From Octopus vulgaris (Eukaryota), in contig OX597817.1 of assembly GCA_951406725.2 (NCBI GenBank), forward strand, positions 142,972,001 to 143,036,000: a DNA stretch of 64,000 nucleotides. The letters are read 5' to 3'. The position numbers and the translations under genes are program-made. A model generated the notes under the pieces. The model had not been told where the DNA came from. It was given only the letters and a program-made list of their open reading frames with translations, and did not search any database. Below are positions 26,068 through 38,785 of this stretch, piece by piece (position 1 is the stretch's first letter; every line of letters starts with the position of its first letter).

Positions 26068-27677
26068 CAGTTGCGGCCAAAATGTTCAGAACGGCATTGT
26101 TTTCGTCAGAAAAGTAGGTACAATTTTTTTTTATCAAAGTTGTGTTATATTCTGTAATTTTCACAGACAATAAATACAATATTATTTGTTATTGTCTGCG
26201 ATTCTGGTGTAATTTGAGAGGATAATACAAAAGTTATGGATGATTTAGTGATTTACTGCAAAACCCATGCCGGCCAAAATCATCAGAACGGTTGAAAAAA
26301 TAACAAATTAATCAAGCATGACAGAGAATACTGGAATTATTTAATATTTAGCGTGAAGCCCTTTAGCTTCAATCACACTTTGACATCTTCGACTGCATGA
26401 AGAAACTAAATTTTCAATTTCTTACTGGGTGATCTTATTCAATTTTCTTCCTGATGGGCATTCCATAATTGCTCAGTTGTTTTAGGATTTCTGGCTTTCG
26501 AACGTTCTCCTAGAATATTCCACACATTTTCAATAGGATTGAGATCTGGGCTTTGAGCAGGCCAATCCATAACAATAACCTTTTCAGCCTTGAGGAAGTT
26601 CATGACCACCTTAGCCTTGTGACATGGGGCATTGCCCTGCATAAATATGGGTGGTAACTTAGTTGAATTTCTCAGCACAGGCAAGACATGATCTTTTACA
26701 AGTTGTTTATAAACTCCTGCATTTTACTTTCCATGTAATCGCACCAAAGGGCCCACACCATCTCCAGATATCATCCCCCAAACCATGACACTTCCTCCAC
26801 CAAATTTAACACTAGTCTTAAGGCATTTAGGCGACAATTTTTCACCTACTTTTCTACGAACGTTCCTTTCCCCATCTGAGCCAAATAACATAAACTTAGA
26901 TTCGTCACTGAAATGCACCGTTTGCCATTTTTCTTGAGACCATAATACATGCTCGGTTGCAAAGGTAAGACGACACTTTTTATTCTTGGAGCTGATCAGT
27001 GGCTTCACCGCAGGTGCTCTTGCTTGTAGGTCATGTTCAACTAAACGACGAGATACAGTTTTTCGAGATAAAGTTTTCTTCAGTACAATGCTCATTTCCC
27101 GAGAAAGAGCAGCAGCAGTTTTAAATCTGTCCTTTTTAACCAACTTTACCGTTTTTCTTGGCCTACCTGTAGACTTTCTTGCTTCACACGAACCACAATC
27201 ATCGTAGACCTTAAGAATACCATGAACAACACTTTTTGACTTGTTAGCAATCTTTGCAATAGACCCAATACTTAAATTATCCTTCTTTCGAAGCTTAATA
27301 ATCTGCTGACGAATTGCTAACGGAGTAAGTGGCATTATATAAACAAAGTACACTGCAGATATTCTTACTAATGTTTAGTAAACGAACCGTCAAGTAAACA
27401 AATTCAAAACATTAGAGTTCGCCGGTTCAATATACAAAAACACGGAGTAAAAGCAACCGTTCTGATCATTTTGGCCGGCATGGGTTTTGCAGTAAATCCC
27501 TAAATCATCCATGACTTTTGAATTATCCTCTCAAATTACACCAAAATCTCAGACAATAACAAATAATATCGTATTTATTGTCTGTGAAAATTATAGAATA
27601 TAAAACAAATTTGATAAAAAATTATATCTACTTTTCTGACGGAAACAATGCCGTTCTGAACATTATGGCCACAACTG
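26068..27677 (-). mobile_element. Full-length Tc1-family transposon with about 225-bp IR/DR ends and inactivated transposase
   Basis: TA|CAGTTG start and CAACTG end; TIRs 26068-26294 and 27454-27677; FSDESKF, KFGGGSVMVWG, WPAQSPDLNPIENVW; in-frame stop at 26724, QGNA in place of QDNA, and a C-terminal frameshift. Confidence 0.93.
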
Positions 27678-27694
27678 CATATATATATATTATA

Positions 27695-28936
27695 GGCGCA
27701 GGGGTGGCTGTGTGGTAAGTAGCTTGCTAACCAACCACATGGTTCCGGGGTCAGTCCCACTGCGTGGCATCTTGGGCAAGTGTCTTCTGCTATAGTCCCG
27801 GGCCGACCAATGCCTTGTGAGTGGATTTGGTAGACGGAAACTGAAAGAAGCCTGTCGTATATATGTTTACATATATGTATGTGTTTGTGTATCTGTGTTT
27901 GTCCCCCTAGCATTGCTTGACAACAGATGCTGGTGCGGTTACGTCCCCGTCACTTGGCGGTTCGGCAAAAGAGACCGATAGAATAAGTACTGGGCTTACA
28001 AAGAATAAGTCCCGGGGTCGATTTGCTCGACCAAAGGCGGTGCTCCAGCGTGGCCGCAGTCAAATGCCTGAAACAAGTAAATATATATATATATATATAT
28101 AGGCGCAGGAGTGGCTGTGTGGTAAGTAGCTTGCTAACCAACCACATGGTTCCGGGGTCAGTCCCACTGCGTGGCATCTTGGGTAAGTGTCTTCTGCTAT
28201 AGCCTCGGGCCGACCAATGCCTTGTCAGTGGATTTGGTAGACGGAAACTGAAAGAAGCCTGTCGTATATATGTGTATATATGTGTGTGTGTATGTGTGTA
28301 TACGTTTGTGTGTCTGTGTTTGTCCCCCTAGCATTGCTTGACAACAGATGCTGGTGTGTTTACGTCCCCGTCACTTAGCGGTTCGGCTAAAGAGACCGAT
28401 AGAATAAGTACTGGGCTTACAAAGAATAAGTCCCGGGGTCGATTTGCTCGACCAAAGGCGGTGCTCCAGCGTGGCCGCAGTCAAATGCCTGAAACAAGTA
28501 AAAATATATATATATATATAGGCGCAGGAGTGGCTGTGTGGTAAGTAGCTTGCTAACCAACCACATGGTTCCGGGGTCAGTCCCACTGCGTGGCATCTTG
28601 GGTAAGTGTCTTCTGCTATAGCCTCGGGCCGACCAATGCCTTGTAAGTGGATTTGGTAGACGGAAACTGAAAGAAGCCTGTCGTATATATATATATGTGT
28701 GTGTGTGTGTATACGTTTGTGTGTCTGTGTTTGTCCCCCTAGCATTGCTTGACAACAGATGCTGGTGTGTTTACGTCCCCGTCACTTAGCGGTTCGGCAA
28801 AAGAGACCGATAGAATAAGTACTGGGCTTACAAAGAATAAGTCCCGGGATCGTTTGCTCGACTAAAGGCGGTGCTCCAGCATGGCCGCAGTCAAATGACT
28901 GAAACAAGTAAAAGAGTAAAAGAAAAGAGTAAAAGA
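27695..28936 (+). mobile_element. Head-to-tail trimer of SINE family A
   Basis: Units 27695-28080, 28102-28502 and 28521-28936, separated by (TA)n. Confidence 0.93.
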
Positions 28937-29554
28937 TATATATATATATGTCGTTTTTGTATCCTCTCCGTTTTCTTATTTGCCGTATACACACCCACAC
29001 ACACACACATATATATATATATGTATGTATGCATGTATAGTATTGGCTGTATATCTCTCTTAGTTTCGTTCATTTTCCATGCCCCCCCTTCTTCTATAAA
29101 TTTCTACCTTTGTGCCAATGGATAAAATCGTCGCCACTGACGGTTCCACTTCGTTAAACACGATGACAATTATATCAAGACGAGTGTTTTTGTTCATTGA
29201 GTCGAATCTGTATTTATTATCGATGCATAATTCATTCCCACCCACCCGCTACGCATGAGTCGTAAAAGACTAAGTGGATTCATGTAGCATTTGAAATCAG
29301 AACGGAGAGGGACAAACGTAAATAAATGTAAAGTGATTTGTGGGAAGCTTTTGCACCGTTGAGTCTAATTAAACAGCCTTTTTCTTGATTTTGTTTGTGA
29401 TAATGTTTAGATCGATAAAATTCTTAATTGAGTGGATTCTGAAATGGTGGAATCCCAAACGCAACCACCATGTCTTTTATTCCCATATACTGTATCTAAG
29501 ACTGCAATGTCACCAGTTGGTAGGTAGTGCATTGAATCAAGGTATTTGCCTATT

Positions 29555-29970
29555 AAGGCGGCGAGATGGCAGAACCGTTAGCACGCCGGGCGAAATGCTT
29601 AGCGGTATTTCGTCTGCCGCTACGTTCTGAGTTCAAATTCCGCCGAGGTCGACTTTGCCTTTCATCCTTTCGGGGTCGATTAAATAAGTACCAGTTATCC
29701 ACTGGTGTCGATCTAATCGACTTAATCCGTTTGTCTGTCCTTGTTTGTCCTCTCTGTGTTTAGCCCCTTGTGGGTAGTAAAGAAATAGGTATTTCGATTG
29801 CCGTTACGTTCTGAGTTCAAATTCCGCAGAGGTCAACTTTGCCTTTTATCCTTTCGGGGTCGATTAAATAAGTACCAGTTATCCACCGGTGTCGATCTAA
29901 TCGACTTAATCCGTTTGTCTGTCCTTGCTTGTCCTCTCTGTGTTTAGCCACTTGTGGGTAGTAAAGAAAT
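29555..29970 (+). mobile_element. SINE family B dimer
   Basis: Two units; 14-bp TSD aggtatttgcctat at 29540-29553 and 29971-29984. Confidence 0.9.
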
Positions 29971-30109
29971 AGGTATTTGCCTATCTACGGTATCCTACCA
30001 ACACATGACGTCTTCAATGTTGATTATTTCGCAGTCAGCTTTTTATGATCGTGTGCGATAATCTTGTGAAAGTTGTCAGTATTTGATAATGTCTAGTCTT
30101 GTCTAACTT

Positions 30110-30540
30110 TGTCTGGCTTCGTTTACAGCACAAAGCTAAACAATACCATACTTGCCAGATTCTTAGATAGTACCGTCCTACCTGCGCTCTTATATGCAGG
30201 CGAGACGTAGGATACTAGAAAGAGGATAAGAATCGATTAGCCACGACGCAAAGGGCCAGGGTATGATTTATGCCAGGAATATCATTAAGAGAGAACATTC
30301 GAAATTAGATCATTCGGAAATGGAGCAGAGTGAACGGCCATTTCTCAAGTTTCATAAAGAACAAGTGGACACATTCAGTTGCCGAGTTGTATCCCAGAGA
30401 TCGGAAATGGTCGCCCGGAAGGCTTCACGGTTTGTTCAAACAATTTGGATCATGATGGAAAGAATGGCACAATCAACGCAGAATTTGAAGCGCACTGTAG
30501 CAGCGGTATATCACAGTATTTGATGGTCGGGTCTATACTG
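30110..30540 (+). mobile_element. RTE-clade LINE remnant
   Basis: gatagtaccgtcctacctgcgctcttatatgcaggcgagacg translates DSTVLPALLYAGET, typical of the RTE RT thumb; several stops. Confidence 0.65.
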
Positions 30541-30861
30541 GGATATGAGATACTGTGATCTAATAACGTATCGTTTCATTCTTAATACGTTCTGGTAGAT
30601 TCTCATCGCTGGTGTTTTTCGTCATCGGAGAGCACCCTCCTTTAAGACGATGTGATCTCATATCACACTCAATTCACTAGTGTGAAGGGACTCTGAGGCA
30701 CTGCAGTGTATGTATACATACATATACGACGAAATGAATTCTGTCCTTGTGTGTATGTGTGTACGTGTGTGTGCGTGCGTGTGTGCGTGCGTGCGTGTGT
30801 GCGTGCGTGTGTGCGTGCGTGCATCTGAATGGGTGGTTTGGGTGTGAGTATAAGTTGATAC

Positions 30862-31001
30862 ATCCTTAAATCCTTAAAAATGTTTCAGCTCGAAAGCTGC
30901 GGCCATGCTGGGGCACCACCGTTGAATGTGCTACACTAGTATGTGAAACCACTTCTGATACGTAGCACTTGGTCAACAAGGGAGTTCGACACCGCTGCCC
31001 A
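30862..31001 (-). mobile_element. 5'-truncated copy of the CR1-group LINE 3' end
   Basis: Aligns with 830-968, including the (TTTAAGGA)n tail. Confidence 0.9.
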
Positions 31002-31276
31002 CAATATTCCAGTCAGTTTCGAAACATATTGTCCAGGGTAGCAGAAGAAATGTTTTAGTCCTTATGTTTGATTTTACGCTATCTGCATATACCTCAGCCC
31101 AGTTGAAATCGTCCAGTCCGGATGCGCAGAAATAATCGCGAAATATCGATATCTACCATTTTCGTTCTCCTTAAAATGACTCTCACTGGATAAAATACCG
31201 CAGCCTAAAGGCCTTTAAACGAAACACATACATTAAGCTTATGAATTCAGTAATGATTCGATTATGAGAACAGCTT

Positions 31277-31800
31277 AAGGCGGCGAACTGGCAGAATGGT
31301 TAGCACGCCGGACGAAATGTTTAGGAGTACTACGCACGTTGTTACATTCTACGTTCAAATTTCGTCGAGGTCGATTTTGCCATTCATACTTTCTGGGTCG
31401 ATAAAATAGGTACCAGTAAAGCACTGGGGTCGATGTTATCGATTGAAGCCGCCCCACCGTCCCCGAGATTACAGGTCATGTGCCAACGTTTGAATCTGAT
31501 ATCTTTTAATTATATTGAAAACAGTTTTCGGAATCGTTAGTACGCGGGGCAAAATGCGTAGCGACATTTCGTCTACCTTTACATTCTGCGTTCAAATTCC
31601 GCCGAGGCCGACCTTGCCTTTTATCGTTTCGGGGTCGAGAAAATAATACATGTTGAATATTGGGGTCGATATAATCGATTTGATCCGAACCTGCTCATCT
31701 ACTTCTATCTGTGAAAGCAATTATAATGAAGGGAGCGATTTGGCAGAATCGTTAGCGCGCCGGAGAAAATGCTTAGCGGCATTTCGTCCGTTTTTACGTT
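31277..31800 (+). mobile_element. Cluster of degenerate family B SINEs
   Basis: Three heads (31277, about 31530, about 31730) with ggcagaat.gttagc.cgccgg and gttcaaattcc motifs. Confidence 0.75.
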
Positions 31801-31804
31801 ATAA

Positions 31805-32016
31805 CTCTTTTACCCTTTTTATTCTTTTACTTGTTTCAGTCATTTGACTGCGGCCATGCTGGAGCACTGCCTTTAGTCGAGCAAATCGACCCAGGACTTA
31901 TTCTTTGGAAGCCTATTACCTATTCTATCGGTCTCTTTTGCTGAACCGCTAGGTTACGGGAAGGTAAACACATCACCATCGATTTCAAGAGATGTTGGGG
32001 GTCAAACAAGGACATA

Positions 32017-32061
<45 letters not shown>

Positions 32062-32254
32062 ACACATATATATATATATATATACGTATATACGACGGGC
32101 TTCTTTCAGTTTCCGTCTACCTAATCCACTCACAAGGTTTTGGTCAGACCGAGGCTACAGTAGAAGACACTTGCTCAAGGTGTCACACAGTGGGAATGAA
32201 CCAGGAACACGGAACTCCTGCGTCTTACTTACCATACAGCCACTCCTGCGCCTA
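31805..32254 (-). mobile_element. SINE family A, full length
   Basis: Reverse-complement match to the trimer units. Confidence 0.88.
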
Positions 32255-33251
32255 CTAAGGCCAATTTTGTCATCTTATCGGAGTCGCTAAAATAGATACC
32301 AGTCAAACACAGGCGTCGATGTCATCGATTTAACCCTACCCCCGAGATTGCTGGCCTTGTGCCAAAATTTGAAACCATTACTAAAAGCAACTTCAAACTC
32401 AAAATTTAAATTTTATTCACTACAAAGCCCAGCCTTGCTGTCCCAGAAAATCAACTTTATGCGATCCTTCTCTGTTCATGGCGTTGCTGTAGGGCTTCAT
32501 TAAACAACAGTTTAAACGAAGATCGAACTCAACGTTTTCAGGCAACGTACAAAAGTTCTGGCCATTGCTCCTTCTTCCATACTCAACAAGTAAGACAGAA
32601 AAATCTACATCTTACATCTGTGATAGAAACCTCTTTATTGCACTAATTTACAACTATGATTCTTAACAGTTAAGTGTTTCGCTCATGCATAATTTGCAAC
32701 GCTTACTGAAAATAATAGGAAACGTGAAGCCTGAGGCTAAGTGTCTGCTACCCTATCGATTCGACCGTCTATTTCACGCTTTGTCTTAAATACCACCTGT
32801 TAAATATCATTTAACAATGGAGCGTACTTTTGTTTTACATATTCCGTTCTTTGTAGAATTTGGCTGCGGGTATCGCATGTGAGAAAAGCGAAAGCTGGAT
32901 GATAAGGTAAAAGTGAACGAAGAGAAAACAGCGCTAGAAACAGAGAAACGGAAAGACATACACAGGGAGGTGGGGAGACAATAAAAGAGACAGAGAAAGA
33001 GACAGAGAGAGAGAGAGAGGAGAGGAGAATAGAGGTAGAGAGGACAAAGAGAGGGTGGCGTAGAATAAACTTCTTTAAATGATGCCATTTCAAGATAGAG
33101 AGCCAATCAATAAATTTGATCTAGTTCTAATTATCACGCTCGAAATCAAATTCAATTCACGAGGGGGAAGGAAGTGAAAATAATTAACTGTCCTAAAACA
33201 GTCTCACCTCCAGTCAGTTTATTCTTATCGCATCTCACCTCTTCCCAGCTA

Positions 33252-33321
<70 letters not shown>

Positions 33322-33459
33322 CTCATACAATGTTCGCAAACAAATACATACTCGTGTGTACAATACTAATCGTTGTTATATATTGTTATGAATGTACACC
33401 TGTATAGTTGCATATATATATATATTTACATACATACACGCACTCACACACACATACGC

Positions 33460-33539
<80 letters not shown>

Positions 33540-33641
33540 TCATACATTGCACAATACAAGCAGAAAATGAAATAAATTCAAATAATTTTGCAGTGGGCAT
33601 TCTTTGGTTTACATACACATTATATATATATATATATATAC

Positions 33642-33703
<62 letters not shown>

Positions 33704-33825
33704 ATGTATATATATATGTGTATATGTATGTAGTACATATTTGTATATACGTCACTGTTGTGTATGTTCGTGTGTATGTATTTAAACACATTTGTACTCC
33801 AGTTTTAATTTGTTTGTTAAGGATC

Positions 33826-33882
<57 letters not shown>

Positions 33883-34529
33883 GGTTTCTCTTTTATACAA
33901 TAATTATGTTTCAAGCAATGAATTCCATCCTTAGAGATGATGCTCTTTCTGTAATATTCATATCTTCATTTAATTTCATTCGCCTCATCTCTCGTCGTCG
34001 TCAGGTGTTTCATTCTTCGATTTGTTGAAATGTATATGTATACACACACGCGTGCACGAACACACACACACACACACACACACGCATAAATACGTGTGTG
34101 TGTAATCACAATGAGGATATTTAAACCTCTTATAGGGATATTTTTATCCAAGATACACTGGTTTAATATATTGTATTTTGAAGAGATATTTCTTCAATGA
34201 ATATCTCATATAAAATATCCTTTTCTACTCTAGGCACAAGGCCCGAAATTTTTGTGTGGTGGGGCAGTCGATTATATCGACCCCAGTACGCAGCTGGTAC
34301 TCAGCTGATACTGCTGTTCTTTAATTGTGGTCTTGGGTCAACACGAAAAATACCAAAATGTCCGTGGAGGATTTTTTATCTGTATTTTCTTGATTTTTAT
34401 TTCTAATTTTTATTGCTGTTATAATTTGGAATCAACCAGTCTGCCACAAATAGCAGCTAATTCTCCCTCAACTCACACTCTATTTTCTTCGGAAAGAAAT
34501 TACGCGGACCAGAGTTCTTTCATTCCTAC

Positions 34530-34855
34530 ATTTGTTTCTGTCATTTCACTGTGGCTATACTGGAGCACCGCTTTTAGTCGAACAAATCGCCCCCCGGGAC
34601 TTATTCTTTGTAAGCGTAGTACTTATTCTATCGGTTTATTTTGCCGAACCGCTAAGTTACGGGTACGTAAACACACCAACATCGGTTGTCAAGCGATGGT
34701 GGGGGACAAACACACACACACACACACACACATATATATGGTCGGCCTCAGGCTATAGTAGAAGACACTTGCCCGAGTTGCCACGCAGTGGGACTGAACC
34801 TGGAGTCCATGCGGTTGGTAAGCAAGCTACATACCACACAGCCACTGCTGCGCAC
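34530..34855 (-). mobile_element. SINE family A, internally deleted
   Basis: Head and tail motifs present; part of the middle missing. Confidence 0.8.
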
Positions 34856-34935
34856 ATAAAAGAAAACGAAAGGGCTTTGACCGAAAATCCTTTAATCGCA
34901 GGTTTGCTCGATCAGGATTGACCCCTGGCTAAACA

Positions 34936-34972
<37 letters not shown>

Positions 34973-35567
34973 AACAATAACAACACTAGTTAACCATTTC
35001 TCAATGCTTCAGGAACATTATCGCTTATCACAGTTAATGCAAACAAACCCCCACCGCCACCCGTTATTGCTACCCTCTTACACTCCCCACCGTTGCCCTT
35101 ACTAGGTCTATCACCATCACAACAGAACTCCCAAACATTTCAACACCATCCCTCATACCATCAACACCCCCACCATCATCATCATCATCACCGAAGGTAT
35201 TACCACCACTACCATCATCATCATGATCCTAACCCCCGTCATCATCGCCATCATTGTCTAACGTAGCAGCAACAAACATCCTCATCATCATCATCATCAT
35301 CATCACCAAAGGTATTACCATCACTACCATCGTCATCGTGATCCTAACCCCCGTCATCATCATCATCGCCATCATCATAATCATCGTTGTCTTCATCACC
35401 ACCACCATCTCCAATATGTCCATCCATCACTTGGACGAAACATGACCTAAACTGTTTAAACTCGCCGACAATTTGCTGATAAAATGATTTGCACATTTTA
35501 CTCCTTTCTCTTCTTAGCTTTTCAGCCTAAATGTTTATTTCTCTCTCCCTCTCTCTCTCTTTCTCCC

Positions 35568-35659
<92 letters not shown>

Positions 35660-35669
35660 GATAGATATG

Positions 35670-36180
35670 TAGGCGCAGGCGTGGCTGTGCGGTAAGAAGC
35701 TTGCTTCCCAACCACACGATTCCGGCTTCAATTCCATTGGGTGGCACCTTGGGCAAGTGTCTTATAAATAGACCCGAGTTTGGTAGGCAGAAGCTGAAAT
35801 GTGTGTGTGCGCGCGCGCGCGTATATATATACTCTTTACTCTTTTACTCTTTTACTTGTTTCAGTCATTTGACTGCGGCCATGCTGGAGCACCGTCTTTA
35901 GTCGAGCAAATCGACCCCGGGACTTATTCTTTGTAAGCCCAGTACTTATTCTATCGGTCTCTTTTGCCGAACCGCTAAGTGACGGGGACGTAAACACACC
36001 AGCATCGGTTGTCAAGCAATGCTAGGGGGACAAACACAGACACACAAACATATACACACACACTTATATATATATACATATATACGAGAGGCTTCTTTCA
36101 GTTTCCGTCTACCAAATCCACTCACAAGGCATTGGTCGGCCCGGGGCTATAGCAGAAGACACTTTCCCAAGATGCCACGC
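35670..36180. mobile_element. Two family A SINEs in opposite orientation
   Basis: + strand 5' part at 35670-35800; - strand copy at 35833-36180. Confidence 0.82.
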
Positions 36181-36187
36181 ATATATA

Positions 36188-36660
36188 TATTGGGTTATAC
36201 CATAAAAAATGCGGTTTTTTTCAATTGCATGAACTAAAAGTCGGAGTGGGACTTACATCAACAACTTTCTATAAAAGCAGGTAGTAATTTTACCTTGTGC
36301 ATATGCTTAGTGCAAGTTCTGACGAGTGCAGTTTGATTTTAGCAGTTATTTTTTCAAAGCTCTTACAGAAGTAACAAAGGAGCATCTTTGGCATATTTTG
36401 CTTTATGAATTCAATAAAGGCAACAATATAAAGTGCAAGGTATGTGGGGATCGGACAATAAGCGTAAGCCAGTGTCAACGGTAGTTCCAGAAATTCCGAG
36501 CAGAAACCTACTGCCTCGAAGACCTGCCTCGTCATGGAAGATCTGTCGAGCTTGACGGGGACATCCTGCAAACCCTTGTGGAAAATATCCAGTCGTAATT
36601 GTTGAGGAACTAGCAGAGACGCTTGGATCTTGTCGTTCAACCATTCATCGACACCTGCAT
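36188..36660 (+). mobile_element. mariner 5' remnant
   Basis: TA|TTGGGTTATACCA TIR-like start; translates EHLWHILLYEFNKG..GDRTISVSQCQR.FQKFR. Confidence 0.72.
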
Positions 36661-37200
36661 GTTAAAATTTTAAGAGATATGAGAGGTTATATTATGGACT
36701 CTTCTTAAAATACTATTATATATGGCGTCGTAATGTACCTTAACCTGTAATTTTAATTTTTATTATATCATCTACATGAAGAGTATGGTTTGACTAAACA
36801 TAGGTTTTTTTTTTTAATTCTCAAACCTCTCATATCTCTTAAAAGTTTAACAATCGCTTAACACTGATGAGAGAAATATAGATAACTGCCATGGTTGGAG
36901 CTAGCTTGCCCATATCAACCTATAACTTCTCGAAACAGCCTTAAGATTTTGTACCTATTTAGGATTCCGCATGAATCATCTTATACTCACTTTCTTATCT
37001 ACTCTCCTCATTGATTCTAATACGGACATTCGGACTTCGCAAGTACATCGCTGTACTATATTTATGTTTTTATTTATTTATGAATTTTATATGTTTATAA
37101 ATCTTCTCATGTTTATAAATTCTTATGAATTTTTATCATATCTCAGGTATGTGAACGCATCTATGTATATTGTATATTGTAGAGAATTTCGATAACTTGA
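36660..37200. mobile_element. Penelope-like terminal repeat fragment with inverted repeat and hammerhead-like motif
   Basis: Inverted arms at about 36660-36688 and 36825-36852; CUGAUGA-GAGAA..UUCUC-GAAAC at 36864-36936. Confidence 0.5.
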
Positions 37201-37336
37201 CATGGATTAAATGAATATATACACCGACCTTTGAAATTTGTTTCTCTCCTTAATTTTATATTCCTGAAGCTCCAGTAGAGCGCTAATTCGTTGAGCTGTA
37301 TAAAGTGGATAACTATACCAATCATTTTTTCATTAT

Positions 37337-37440
<104 letters not shown>

Positions 37441-37742
37441 TATATAAAATTAAATAATAAGTGTAAAAATTGATATTAATTAGATTAAACTAAATTTAAC
37501 CGGTGGCCTAGCATATTGAAAAAACCTGAAGATTCAGAAAATTATATTACATACATGTAAGGAGAATGACCACTAGGTGGACTCCTAATATGCTAAAGAT
37601 AGACCCCATATGGTCTGACCACTAGGGAAAATTGTTGTCAAGAAAATTCGGCAAAGGCCAGAACGTTCTGTGGTCAGACCATATGGGGTCTACCTTTAGC
37701 ATATTAGGAATCGACCTAGTGGTCATTCCCCTTATGTGTGTG

Positions 37743-37812
<70 letters not shown>

Positions 37813-37818
<6 letters not shown>

Positions 37819-38014
37819 ATCCAAACAAGAAAGCACAAAAAAACAACCACGCGAGGACGTGGAACAAATATAGTATTATTGGACGCTCAGGAAAGAAGGA
37901 AAGAAGGAGGGTTTAACATTTCGAGCGGAGCTCTTCGTCGGAAATATCGGAGAAGAAGGAAAGACCCAAAGAAGGGAAGACAGAGGAAAAAAATCGCCAA
38001 CGGTACACACGAGG

Positions 38015-38017
<3 letters not shown>
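37813..38017 (-). mobile_element. Short hammerhead-containing element in (TA)n, degenerate core
   Basis: CCGACGA-A-GAGC(ucc)GCUC-GAAAUGUU at about 37911-37945. Confidence 0.72.
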
Positions 38018-38075
<58 letters not shown>

Positions 38076-38718
38076 TAACTTATATATATATGTGTTGAGA
38101 TTATATTTGATAATCTATTCCGTTTATGAGTATGTGTGTACGCGTGAGTATTTGTGTGGGTGGGTGTATAAATATATATATGTGTGTAAAAATAAAAAGC
38201 AACACCTGAAATCGTCAAGAATGTAAAGTTGAAGCAAATTTGTAATACCTTCCAGCAATTTATTGCTGGATAGCATAAAAAAACAGGAGTTCAAGTAATT
38301 TTCTAGAAATCAGAAATAGATACAAAACTAAAAATATATATTTCACAGTGGACTAATATAACTTAAATGATTATTTGAAAAATAGTATTAAATGTATTTT
38401 TAAGAAAAAAAAGAGACCACGCAAAACAAATTATATTCTATAAATAAAGAAATCAAACCCATTGCCTCAGGTTTTAACAGAAACTATCAAAGAAGGTACA
38501 CTGATTATTTAAAATAAATTTGACACTAGATCCAAAAGGAACGGAAGAAAAAACAGCATTGTGCGCAGCGAAAGTACTTCCCACGTCCGAGTGTACATGA
38601 ACGTTTTAAATATGCTTTTTCATGCATATATTTTATTCAACGCTATTTCGTGCGATTCTAGTTAATCAATTCTGTCATCACCAGTCTTCATTCATCTCGA
38701 CAAATGGACTATTTGTTG

Positions 38719-38785
<67 letters not shown>

